Of a stretch of 64,000 nt of DNA, positions 29,568 through 40,113 are shown piece by piece. The DNA is from Candidatus Bathyarchaeota archaeon. Its GTDB lineage: Archaea > Thermoproteota > Bathyarchaeia > Bathyarchaeales > Bathycorpusculaceae. The stretch covers positions 2,016,001 through 2,080,000 of the forward strand of contig OY969706.1 in assembly GCA_963702095.1 (NCBI GenBank), read 5' to 3'. How positions within the stretch are numbered: position 1 is the first letter of the stretch; each line of letters begins with the position of its first letter. A program made the position numbers and the translations under genes. The notes beneath the pieces are model-generated. The model searched no databases, was not told the DNA's origin, and saw nothing but the letters and a program-made list of their open reading frames with translations.

Positions 29568-29960
29568 TTGAAGATTGGCGAACTAATACAAGAATCAGAC
29601 TGGCGCTCAGAAAAGCATGTTCCAGTCGTTGACTGTCCAGACACCGTCAAAAAAGACGAGTACTTCGAAGTCACAGCAGCTATAGGCAAAGAAATCGCAC
29701 ACCCCAACACAACCGCCCACCACATCAGCTGGATCACACTCTACTTCCTCCCAGAAGGCGAAAAATTCCCCTACCAAATAGCAAAATGCGACTTCACCGC
29801 ACACGGCGCCTCAGCTCAAGGACCCGACACAAGCACCGTATACACCAACCACAAGGTTACCGCTTGGATGAAAACCAGCAAGTCCGGAACAATCTTTGCG
29901 GAGTCGCTTTGCAACATACATGGGCTTTGGCAGTTCTCTAAACAGATAAAAGTGCAGTAG
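29568..29960 (+). CDS. sor: Superoxide reductase (1Fe, neelaredoxin-type)
   Basis: EKHVP, HP....HHI.WI, CNIHGLW; GGAGGTGA RBS. Confidence 0.93.
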   Translation: MKIGELIQESDWRSEKHVPVVDCPDTVKKDEYFEVTAAIGKEIAHPNTTAHHISWITLYFLPEGEKFPYQIAKCDFTAHGASAQGPDTSTVYTNHKVTAWMKTSKSGTIFAESLCNIHGLWQFSKQIKVQ

Positions 29961-30055
29961 CCACCCGACGAGGAGAGTGGTCTATTTGTCACTGCCCAAT
30001 TTTTTAATCCACTATTTAATAGACTTTTAATTCGGCAGTTAGCGCGACGACAAAT

Positions 30056-30426
30056 TATGAACGTGAAACGACAGATGAAGAGTTAGATAGGCAGCCAAAG
30101 ATTTGCAAGAGACTTGGGGTGAGGGAACGTTTTGGTGCGACGCCCGCTTTCCTCAGTCTATTTTGAAGCTTTGCCGTGCAGGTCTAGACGCTAAGCCCTA
30201 CACTTTCAAACGAGAAGATGGCTTGCGAGAACTTGGAAGCCGCCTAACACCTGCGAGTGATGGGCATCCCCGCCAGTTTGTAAGCAAACGCTGCGTTAAC
30301 CTCATATCAGAATTGTTGGAGTATCGGGAAGACGTCAAGGAAAACGATCATGCGACCGATGCTTTGCGGTATAGTTTGCCGCTTACAGCCGAAGAGAAGC
30401 CGTTTCTGTATATAGTTAGACGTTGA
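30056..30426 (+). pseudogene. 3' fragment of a viral terminase large subunit (nuclease domain)
   Basis: FWCD..C.NLI.EL..Y..KENDHATDALRY; no ATPase domain; upstream YERETTDEEL lies in a different frame. Confidence 0.75.
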
Positions 30427-30567
30427 CGATAGTGAGGATATACCCCACGTAGCAAGTCGATGGTCACGAAAGTTGACAATATGTTCTAGCTATTAGCTCA
30501 GGCTTAGTCAAGAAAGTTTGACGAATTCCCTTATATCATTCATGCATTCTAACAACATATTGAAAGG

Positions 30568-31713
30568 ATGGATGGTATGAACAAAGGTTCAGTCTTAGCA
30601 ATTGCTCTCATTTTTCTAATGTCATTGGGTGTGCTTCCATTTGCTACAGTAAAGGCCCAATCAACAACGATTGTTGTTCCCGATAATTATCCATCAATTC
30701 AAGATGCGATAAATAACGCTAATGCAGGTGATACCATTTACATCAAGACTGGTACTTATGTGGAAAATCCAGTTGTCAATAAATCGGTTTCATTGGTTGG
30801 GGAAGATAGGGATGCAACTGTAATTGATGTGACAGCAGGTTTGAAGGTAGAAAGCGATAATGTAACCATAACAGGCTTGACCATATATGATGGTTGGCAA
30901 GGAATAACAGTAACTGCAAACTATTCAAAAATTTCAGGAAACAAGATAACAGATACTCAATACGGCATAGTATTACTAAGTTCACAAAATAGCACTATAA
31001 CGGAAAATACACTTCAATCAATCGGACTTTCGGCAGCTATTCAATTAAGCTACTCAAACAACAATTTGCTTAAGAATAATTATATTGAATCGTGCACAGA
31101 GGGAATTCAGCTTAGAGCAGGCAGTTCAAATAATATGGTTATAGAAAATATCATAACAAACTGTCAAGATGTAGCTATACGATTACTAGCGGAATACTCT
31201 CCCCCAAGATGGTATAATCCAAACGGCAACACAATAATGCGAAATAATATCTCAAATTCAGGATGCGGAACATCCGTTTATGGTTCAAGCAATAACATCA
31301 TATCAAATAATGACTATGTTAACAACACCATACAGTTTTCTGCTAATGAAGACTATTATCTTACATGGGGCGGTAGTCATTCAACTAATACTATTGACCG
31401 AAACTATTGGAGTAACTATAACGGGACAGACGCTAATAGAGATGGCATCGGTGACACCCCATTCATTATAGACTCCTACAATAAAGATAACAATCCTGTT
31501 ATGGCCCCAATTCCAGTTACTTTACCTAATTATGGTCCAACTTCCTCTCCAACCCCAACCATCAATACTGGTCCGCATATGCCAGAAACAGAGCCGTTCC
31601 CAACTTCAACACTTTTAGTTGGTGCTTTGATTCTTTTAGCGGTTGTTATCGCATCAGTTTTGCTTTTTAGAAGGCATCGAAAAACCGCTAATTTGGGTAA
31701 GAAGAGTCTATAG
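30568..31713 (+). CDS. Secreted NosD/CASH beta-helix surface protein with C-terminal anchor
   Basis: Signal peptide; VPDNYPSIQDAINNA..GDTI.IK.GTY.E; Asn-rich repeats; NYW..YNGTD..DGIGDTP; TM helix followed by RRHRK. Confidence 0.9.
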   Translation: MDGMNKGSVLAIALIFLMSLGVLPFATVKAQSTTIVVPDNYPSIQDAINNANAGDTIYIKTGTYVENPVVNKSVSLVGEDRDATVIDVTAGLKVESDNVTITGLTIYDGWQGITVTANYSKISGNKITDTQYGIVLLSSQNSTITENTLQSIGLSAAIQLSYSNNNLLKNNYIESCTEGIQLRAGSSNNMVIENIITNCQDVAIRLLAEYSPPRWYNPNGNTIMRNNISNSGCGTSVYGSSNNIISNNDYVNNTIQFSANEDYYLTWGGSHSTNTIDRNYWSNYNGTDANRDGIGDTPFIIDSYNKDNNPVMAPIPVTLPNYGPTSSPTPTINTGPHMPETEPFPTSTLLVGALILLAVVIASVLLFRRHRKTANLGKKSL

Positions 31714-32120
31714 CAAACCATAAATTCATTCTATTTTTATACTGCTTATTGTGGTGACCTTGAACAATTTAAGTAGGAATCGTTTGGTCGGTGCGTTCGG
31801 AGCTATTGGTATAGCACACCCACAAAAGAAAAAACAAGTTAGCCCCTCCAAAGGGATGGGAGAGGCGGCAGAGCAACAGAGGCTTCTATGATCTTGATTG
31901 CTTCTGCTTGCAGAATCATATACAACCAGCTTGCAGACCGCAGAATCAGCCAACGCAAAAGCAGAGCCCATTGGAAGTTGTTGTGTATAGGGGGTTTCCT
32001 GCAACAACAACTATAGAAGAAACCATTTTTTAGAAAATAAGAAATAGAATTGTAACCCAATTTGCTCAGCTACAGGGTTGCTATTAGTGGGCTTTGACGT
32101 ATATCCTGGATATATGCTCT

Positions 32121-32139
32121 CCTTGCTCCTCCAGTTAAG
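32121..32139 (-). other. 3' strand of the 16S pre-rRNA processing stem (BHB)
   Basis: RNA CUUAACUGGA-GGAG-CAA-GG pairs with CC-CUCC-AAA-UCCAGUUAAG (33732-33750), giving a 3-4-3 bulge-helix-bulge. Confidence 0.85.
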
Positions 32140-32160
32140 CAGATACATGCTTATTTACTT

Positions 32161-33651
<1,491 letters not shown>

Positions 33652-33731
33652 ATGCACTCCGATGTGATTTGTCGGATCTTTTGTTTTTTGTGTGGTACGA
33701 ATATATTGACACATTTCCTCGCATTCTCTAA

Positions 33732-33750
33732 CTTAACTGGATTTGGAGGG
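33732..33750 (-). other. 5' strand of the 16S pre-rRNA processing stem (BHB)
   Basis: Complementary to 32121-32139; additional pairing between ACGTCAAAGCCCA (~33768-33780) and TGGGCTTTGACGT (~32088-32100). Confidence 0.85.
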
Positions 33751-33952
33751 AAAACATTCCACTCTATACGTCAAAGCCCAATTCAGACCTAACTGAGCAA
33801 TTAGTCAGGTCTACATACGTGTCCCCGCAATTGGAGGCCAACTCCATCATCCCTGTAAGGCGAATCGCCGTTTCGGTACGGGTTGAGCCGCCGCCATGTG
33901 AAATTGCGGGGCTAGCAATTGTAGCTGAATTCTAACAGAAGTGACCTTAATT

Positions 33953-33970
33953 GATATAAAGGTTTCTTTT
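33953..33970 (-). promoter_or_regulatory. Probable rRNA promoter (BRE + TATA)
   Basis: Minus strand AAAAGAAACC-TTTATAT about 300 nt upstream of the mature 16S 5' end. Confidence 0.6.
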
Positions 33971-34296
33971 AACCCCATACAAACGTCGCCTACCATAGTA
34001 GACCGCGTTTTATGAGTCTCCTTCTGCCTAACAACATATTGTTTTGATTAGTTTTTAACGTTTCGACTCAGTTTTTGAAGAACACAGCGTTTCCACAGTT
34101 GGGCTTTAGAGGGGAGTTTTGGGCTTTTTCAGAGGGAAAAGCCGTTGATAAGCAGCAAAACAGTGAAAAAAAGGTTTCCCCCCGCAACTTCCCTCCCCAA
34201 AACTGATTTTCGACGTATTAATGGGCTGATTTAAGCCAATATGGACTTACAGTTTTTTGGGATGCCCTTTTGATTTACAAAAGTCCCTTTTGTTTA

Positions 34297-34427
34297 GCCT
34301 TTCTCTCTTTATGTGGGTGTGGCGTTTTATGGGGTGCCCCAAGATGGGTTGAGATGGCGATGGCTTTTTGTGGAGGCGTTGCGTTTTGGCGCCTGTTTCG
34401 GTGTGGAAAGTGCGATTTCTTCCACAA
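34297..34427 (-). repeat. Dispersed repeat family 2, copy B
   Basis: Inverted copy of 25041-25169; identical 29-mer at 34300-34328. Confidence 0.88.
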
Positions 34428-34711
34428 GTGACCAGCAATGAACAGCGCAATGCAAGCGGGCACTAGCATAGCCCTCCGACAACCTAAGCCACCTCTCACA
34501 CCCAACCAACCCCGCCCCAAAAAAGAATCCCCACAAACAAAAACACAACAAAAAAGCACAATACAACCAACAAAACCCCTCACCCCAAAACAGCCCAAAG
34601 CCCATCAAAATAGCCCCGACACACCGCAACCAAACCCACATGCCGACTCCACAAATCAGGTCCACTTGCCAAACGGACAGCCCCCATCAAACGCAACCGC
34701 CACGGCGTTTC

Positions 34712-35215
34712 CTAAGGAATAGCACCGCTTATCATGTTGTTGATATCTAAGTCGGCGAATTGCCCAGTTATCCATTCTGCGATTTGGTCTCTTACTGTGC
34801 GGAACGCTTGGAGTTTTTCTTCTTCTGTGCCGTCCACTTCGGAGAGGTCGCTAAATCCATGGACCAAATAATGTTTGGTTTTATGCAGTTTTGCGTTGAT
34901 AACTTGGGGTCGCCCCATGACGAGGGGTGATGAGCAGAGTGCGCAGAGTGTTTTGGCGCTGCTTTTACACACCGACACTGCTAAGTCGATTTCTTTGTCA
35001 CTAAAGTCATCTAGGCTCTTAGAGTACTGTTTTGAGATGTCTACTCCTATTTCTGCCATAGCTTTAACAGCCAATGGATTAACTTTTGTCGGGTTGGTAC
35101 CAGCACTGAAAACTTTGTATTTTTCCCCGTAAATGTGCCGCAACAACCCTTCCGCCATCTGGGAGCGTGCGGAGTTGTGGGTGCAGATAAAGAGGATTCT
35201 TGGTTTAGGCATCAT
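34712..35215 (-). CDS. arsC: Arsenate reductase, LMW-PTP fold
   Basis: FICTHNSARSQMAEG, SAG, SK, FR.VRD.I. Confidence 0.88.
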   Translation of the reverse strand: MMPKPRILFICTHNSARSQMAEGLLRHIYGEKYKVFSAGTNPTKVNPLAVKAMAEIGVDISKQYSKSLDDFSDKEIDLAVSVCKSSAKTLCALCSSPLVMGRPQVINAKLHKTKHYLVHGFSDLSEVDGTEEEKLQAFRTVRDQIAEWITGQFADLDINNMISGAIP

Positions 35216-35265
35216 CTGGATTTACTCTGAAATTCTTCCTTTTAACCAATTCGTCAGTATTCTAA

Positions 35266-35553
35266 TTAGGCGCGCCCATGCTCTACCTTCTTTATTTCTG
35301 ACCGTTTAGTGGGACGGTAAATTATGACCAGCCAGTTGTCTGCTGAAACGTTGACTTGGTATCCGTATTGCTGTGCGATGGTTTCCACACACCGTAGCCT
35401 GCTGGCAGTAACCTTCATTTTGATGTGCACTTGGTAGCCTTTGGAGAGCAAGCTGCTTTCATTGGGCTCAATAAGCATAAGCGAGGAGCCACGGATGTCT
35501 TTGCATTCCTCATCGATTTCACGAATAATGCTTATAGCTTCTTCCCTGTTCAA
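35266..35553 (-). CDS. Hypothetical protein
   Basis: 95-aa ORF with globular composition; no motif recognised. Confidence 0.6.
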   Translation of the reverse strand: MNREEAISIIREIDEECKDIRGSSLMLIEPNESSLLSKGYQVHIKMKVTASRLRCVETIAQQYGYQVNVSADNWLVIIYRPTKRSEIKKVEHGRA

Positions 35554-35701
35554 AACCTAAAACCACTGAACAATGAGTGTGGAGCGCCTTATTTCTGCTT
35601 GCTGTTGATTAGCTACAATCACTAAGCCAGAAGATAACTTTAAGAATTAAGATTTAAAAAAAATAAAAAGGGAAAGGGAATTTGATTTTACCCTTAGATA
35701 C

Positions 35702-38272
35702 TTAGTGTTTCTTAACTGCCATCATGATGACTGCGCCGACTATGGCAATTGCGATGATTATTGCAATTGTCGAAGCAGCGAAGTACATCTCAGTAGGTGG
35801 CAATGCTTGAACCGGGGCAGGTGTTGGAGTTGCTGCTGCTGGATCAACGGTAAATGCTGTATCAGCGCTTGATGAGTAGTATGATTCTGAGCCTGCGAAG
35901 ACTGCGTAGACAGTGAATGGACCTTCGATGTCTGGCATCCAATTGAAACTGAAGAATCCGTCAGCATTGCTTGTGGTACAGCCGACTTGGCGGTAGTTGC
36001 CATTAGCATCAAGCACATAGATATCAACGTTAACACCGGTAGCATTGTACGGTTTAGGCTGCTGCCCATAGAGGTACTCCATCCACTCCTCCATACTTGC
36101 ATCTGAAACTGCTGGAGTGCCAGCGGCTGGGATGCCTAAGCATGTTTCGCCTGGAGACTGATCTGTAACAGTACCGCGAATAGTCACACTAGAGCCCATA
36201 GATACAGCACTCATAGGAGCATCAACAGTGACTGCGCTTCTACCTTTACCGTATGCATAGATTTGGTTGTCATACGAGTTAGGTAGCAGTAACACGCCGT
36301 CTGCTGCGCCGACTACTGGACTGTTGGAGTGGCAGAAGCTTAGTATTTGCCAGACTGTTTCGCCTGTAGTTGCGTTGATAGCTACTGCATGTGAGCCTCG
36401 GAACATTGGCGGGTTGTATGTGTGGCCTTGGTTAATGAAGACTTTGCCGTCAGCAACGAGTTCAATGACTTTACCTGGGAATGAACCGTAGACTGTGTCA
36501 TAGCCCGAGTCACCAGCGTACCATGTCCATTTGAGTTCGCCAGTGTTGGCGTCCCAAGCATAGACGTGGCCGTCAAAGGTACCTTGGTAGAGCATGCCGT
36601 AGGCTTCGATTGGTCGATAGGCTGCGAAGTAAGTCCACATGTTACCTCCGTCTGGGAAGTAGCATTTACAGACTAGTGCGCCTGTGTCTGCGTTGTAGAG
36701 GTCAATTGATTGTTTGCCCTCTGTGACAAGTTCACAGTATTTGCCATTGCCAGAGGTGTAGAGAAGAATTCTGTTCCATGGGGCTTCGTTGGTGCGGTTT
36801 ACGAGGAATTTTTGGTGTCCGTCTGTTAAGTCGTAGCCTGCTTCTACTTGCCAGTTTGCCCAGTTTCCAGTGGTGCCATAGCCCATGATGACTGAGTTAC
36901 CGGATATGCCTATGTTGCCACTTGATTGTGGACCAGAGAGAGTCAGTCGAATCGGGTTGCCATCAATGCTCATTGCGATGGGTGCCTGCCATTGGATGCC
37001 GTAGGTCCAGTTGAGTGTCGAGCCCTGGGTTGGTTGGAATCTCCAGTTTGAGATGTCACCGGTTCCGTTTCTTGCAAGTATGCATCGACTTGAGTTCCAG
37101 CATGTGAGATAGTACTGGCTTTGGTTGCTTGTGTCAATGTAGTAGTCAAGTATGCTGCCGTCATCTGAAGCCATAAAGTCGCCGTTAGTATTGCCGCCGA
37201 AGATGTCGAGTATCCAGTTGCCTGTGGTTGCCTCATACATAGACCATGTTGAGCCAGAAGTAGACCAAAGATACGCTTGTCCGCCGTATTGATTAGGTGA
37301 AATATAATTGTAGACCTGACCCATTCTTAGGGTTCCCTTCCAATCGTTCCGATCCCAGACGATTTCGCCTGTCTTGATGTTCTGAGCGATTGTGCCTTCA
37401 GGTAAAGATCCGCTTGCGGGTAGGTAAGTGTAGTAGACAATGCCGTTAATGATGACTTCCTTGAACTTGCATTCATACTGAGCAGTAGCATAATAATTGC
37501 TATTCAATGTATCACCATATTCGCCGCCGATCAAGCCGCCGGGGGCTAATGGTGTAGTCCATAGAACATGTGGAGTGTTAACGATTTGGACGTAGGGGTC
37601 GAAGTTGCCGGTCATGTTATAGCCGTAGCCAGCGTTGGTGTATGCTTGCATGCCGAACCAGTTGCCGCTGATGGTGTTCCAGTTGTTGTTCATCATGTTT
37701 ATGGGGCGTTGCCAGTAATCAGTCGGTAATGGATTGTTTGGGAGACTGGTTGCGTGTTCATCAGTTACTGTGACAGTTACTACTTCGCTGTCACTTGGCA
37801 GGTATTTATCACCGATGTAGACTGCATAGCTTGCATAGCTTCCAACCCATCCTCCCGGCGGCGGGTTTTCACCGGTTAGTTCTTCGCCGAGGAAGTGGCA
37901 TTGGAAGGTGTAGTTTCCTTCGCGGTCAGGTGTCCATGTAGTGTAAGAGAAGCCAGTATCGTCAGCTACGAAGCCTGTAAGGGTTTTGCTTGTTCCGTCA
38001 GGATAGCCAATTGTGAGGGTAAGGTTGTTCCATCTGTCGCCATATCTGGTGGCAACGGTCATGGGGACTTTGTCGATGCCGAAGGTAACGAATGCTTCCT
38101 GTCCGACGCCTACTGGGCGCGGGTTGACTTCAACGTATGCATAAGTGGTTACTGTGTAGGGGTGGTTGTCTGCTTTTGCGGTTGGAATAGCGATTATGGC
38201 TGCTGCAATTGATAGCAATAGTATAGCAGTTAGGGTAGTTGCTAATATTTTATTAAATTTTTTGCTTTGCAT
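35702..38272 (-). CDS. Secreted PQQ-like beta-propeller surface protein with C-terminal anchor
   Basis: Signal peptide; repeated (A/D)..TG...W motifs (KTGEIVW, TTGNWI, NTGELKW, TTGETVW); P/T linker; TM helix followed by KKH. Confidence 0.88.
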   Translation of the reverse strand: MQSKKFNKILATTLTAILLLSIAAAIIAIPTAKADNHPYTVTTYAYVEVNPRPVGVGQEAFVTFGIDKVPMTVATRYGDRWNNLTLTIGYPDGTSKTLTGFVADDTGFSYTTWTPDREGNYTFQCHFLGEELTGENPPPGGWVGSYASYAVYIGDKYLPSDSEVVTVTVTDEHATSLPNNPLPTDYWQRPINMMNNNWNTISGNWFGMQAYTNAGYGYNMTGNFDPYVQIVNTPHVLWTTPLAPGGLIGGEYGDTLNSNYYATAQYECKFKEVIINGIVYYTYLPASGSLPEGTIAQNIKTGEIVWDRNDWKGTLRMGQVYNYISPNQYGGQAYLWSTSGSTWSMYEATTGNWILDIFGGNTNGDFMASDDGSILDYYIDTSNQSQYYLTCWNSSRCILARNGTGDISNWRFQPTQGSTLNWTYGIQWQAPIAMSIDGNPIRLTLSGPQSSGNIGISGNSVIMGYGTTGNWANWQVEAGYDLTDGHQKFLVNRTNEAPWNRILLYTSGNGKYCELVTEGKQSIDLYNADTGALVCKCYFPDGGNMWTYFAAYRPIEAYGMLYQGTFDGHVYAWDANTGELKWTWYAGDSGYDTVYGSFPGKVIELVADGKVFINQGHTYNPPMFRGSHAVAINATTGETVWQILSFCHSNSPVVGAADGVLLLPNSYDNQIYAYGKGRSAVTVDAPMSAVSMGSSVTIRGTVTDQSPGETCLGIPAAGTPAVSDASMEEWMEYLYGQQPKPYNATGVNVDIYVLDANGNYRQVGCTTSNADGFFSFNWMPDIEGPFTVYAVFAGSESYYSSSADTAFTVDPAAATPTPAPVQALPPTEMYFAASTIAIIIAIAIVGAVIMMAVKKH

Positions 38273-38552
38273 TTTTTCAACTCTTTTATCCTTAAACGGG
38301 TTAAGGATGCCATTTATGTGTAGTTGATCGCTATTTAAGAATTATGCAAATAAACGCACACAAGTTAACATGGTTGCTTTGAGATGAATAAAGAAAGCAT
38401 CGATAAAATGCTTTTGAACAATTCATTATAATCCTAAATATTATTGTTCTTAAGCATTTTAGAAAAAGTTAAAAAAACAAGTTAACTACCAAAATTTGAA
38501 ATCTAAGACCCTAAAGAATAAAGAAAAGAGCATTTTTTAAACAAAACCAACC

Positions 38553-38890
38553 GATAATGTGGACCCTAACAGCGCCAACTCAGATGACGATGGATGAAGA
38601 GGGGGCGAAGAAACTTAACAGGAACCACCAAGCCCTCTGCCGTCGAAAAGGCTACAAACGACGGTACACAAAAAAAGTTTTTCTTCCCAACCCTCTTTCG
38701 TTGGCGCTGATGTTTGAACTCCGTGCATCTCCGAGAAGTACCTGTCATAATCCGCTCATAATGCGAAGGTTTTCTATATGCTTACGGGTATTTACCGTCA
38801 GAAGTCATTTTGGGCTCCAATTCCACGCGATCACTATTCGAGCATGCGGTAATCTATCGCTTTGTTACTGCAGGGTGTGCCCACATTATC
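38553..38890 (+). ncRNA. Candidate structured ncRNA (~338 nt, closed four-way junction)
   Basis: Four abutting helices identified by hand, with G-U pairs favouring the + strand; see findings. Confidence 0.6.
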
Positions 38891-38949
38891 TTTTATTTCT
38901 ATTTGAAAATTAGGTTGTTGTGTGGAAAAGGAGTGAATGGTGCCCGACA

Positions 38950-39050
38950 GTTGGGCGGGTCCGGCTGCTAAAGTTGAGAAGGCATGGATCTACAATTTTT
39001 GTGCTTGCTCAACCTTAGCACGGGGCTGAATCCGCTTAACAACTTTTTTT
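38950..39050 (+). ncRNA. Long irregular hairpin followed by T7 (small RNA or terminator)
   Basis: 38950-38958/39032-39040 and 38966-38978/39008-39020 pair; T-tract at 39044-39050. Confidence 0.5.
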
Positions 39051-39355
39051 GCGCACAAGTGTTGTAGTGCTACTACAATCACATTGTTATTTATGGTTCT
39101 ACGTGGATATATCTGATACAGAAAAGGTTAGCTTAAAAACAGGCGAGGTTGTGTTTCCCCTCTCTCTTCCTGAAAATTTCGCTTGTTTTTAAGCTGATCT
39201 TCCCCTCTCGACCCACCTCATTTTATTGTTTAGCTAAATAAAAATTTATTGACCTTATACCGCTAACTTGTTTGGGGTACTTCCTTCCCTATTCCATCCA
39301 AAAAAGCGTTTAGCCGGGTAAAGCTTTATTGACACTTTTCCTTTTGTAGGTTGTT

Positions 39356-39496
39356 ATGCCGACGTTTGAATGCAGTGTATGTGGGCGCAAAATACGCGGT
39401 GAATTTGAGGTTTCCTGCACAGGCGATGCGAAAAGGAACGTAGAGAAGGCGCCCTGGTGCTGTGGCAGAGAAATGATTGAATCAATCGACGACTAA
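39356..39496 (+). CDS. Small desulforedoxin-like CxxC..CC metal-binding protein (46 aa, not in ORF track)
   Basis: MPTFECSVCG..APWCCGREM; TTTATT box ~30 nt upstream; stop overlaps the stop of the convergent gene. Confidence 0.7.
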   Translation: MPTFECSVCGRKIRGEFEVSCTGDAKRNVEKAPWCCGREMIESIDD

Positions 39497-39978
39497 AGCT
39501 TTGAATTTGTGTAGAAGGTTGCTAAGAACTGCTTGAGGTTTCTATGCAGTCTAATTGCGGGTTGCCTTAGACACTCTGTGAATTCAGGGCTTGGCTGAAA
39601 GTACCCATGCTGTGTAAGGTAAAAGATTACACTTGAGTAGTCGCCTGCTAATGCACATGTGATTTCTTTTCTGCCCAACTCAAGGTAGGCGTAATAGCGG
39701 TGGTGCCCGTCTAAAACTGCATACAGGTCTTTACGCGGATGCTTAACAACGATTAGGGGGTTGATTTTTTGTTTTTCAACGATTTTTTGCTTGTAAACCT
39801 TTATGCCCTGCCTAGAAACCTTGGAGTCAGCAACCAACTTTTCTGTAGGTAAACAAACAGCGTATTTGTTAGGGTGCAAAAAGACATCAACGTTTATTTC
39901 AGTTTGTCCGCTGATAAATTTCGAGAAATCATCCTTCAAAGAATAAAACAAAGCTACAACCGACAACAAAAACCGCAC
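39493..39978 (-). CDS. ParB/sulfiredoxin N-terminal domain protein
   Basis: INPLIVV....YAVLDGHHRYYAY.ELG. Confidence 0.8.
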   Translation of the reverse strand: MRFLLSVVALFYSLKDDFSKFISGQTEINVDVFLHPNKYAVCLPTEKLVADSKVSRQGIKVYKQKIVEKQKINPLIVVKHPRKDLYAVLDGHHRYYAYLELGRKEITCALAGDYSSVIFYLTQHGYFQPSPEFTECLRQPAIRLHRNLKQFLATFYTNSKL

Positions 39979-40113
39979 GTTACCAGTATTTTGTGTCTCT
40001 AACGCTAAATTAAGTCTTACATTGCTTGTTTAACCACTAAACAAATAAAGGATTCTCCATAAAAAAATACGCGTTCAATTTCTTAGGATCCAAAAGAAAA
40101 TAAAACTGGGAAA

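Noticed and set aside
31726-32060. Overlapping minus-strand ORFs downstream of 16S
   Set aside because: No RBS or motif; probably rRNA trailer or decayed DNA
38394-38414. Palindrome AAAGCAT-N7-ATGCTTT upstream of the propeller gene
   Set aside because: Single occurrence in AT-rich DNA; too weak to call an operator
38553-38890. Identity as RNase P RNA, SRP RNA or hammerhead ribozyme
   Set aside because: Size and closed ends fit, and CCTAACAG and CTGA..AACTCC are faintly RNase-P-like. However, there is no GAGGAA core, no ACAGAA near the 3' end, no SRP helix-8 motif, and CTGATGT is not followed by stem II-GAAA. cmscan is still needed
38557-38913. 118-aa ORF, and the opposite-strand 60-aa ORF, over the structured element
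   Set aside because: No RBS or recognisable motif; extensive base pairing explains the sequence better
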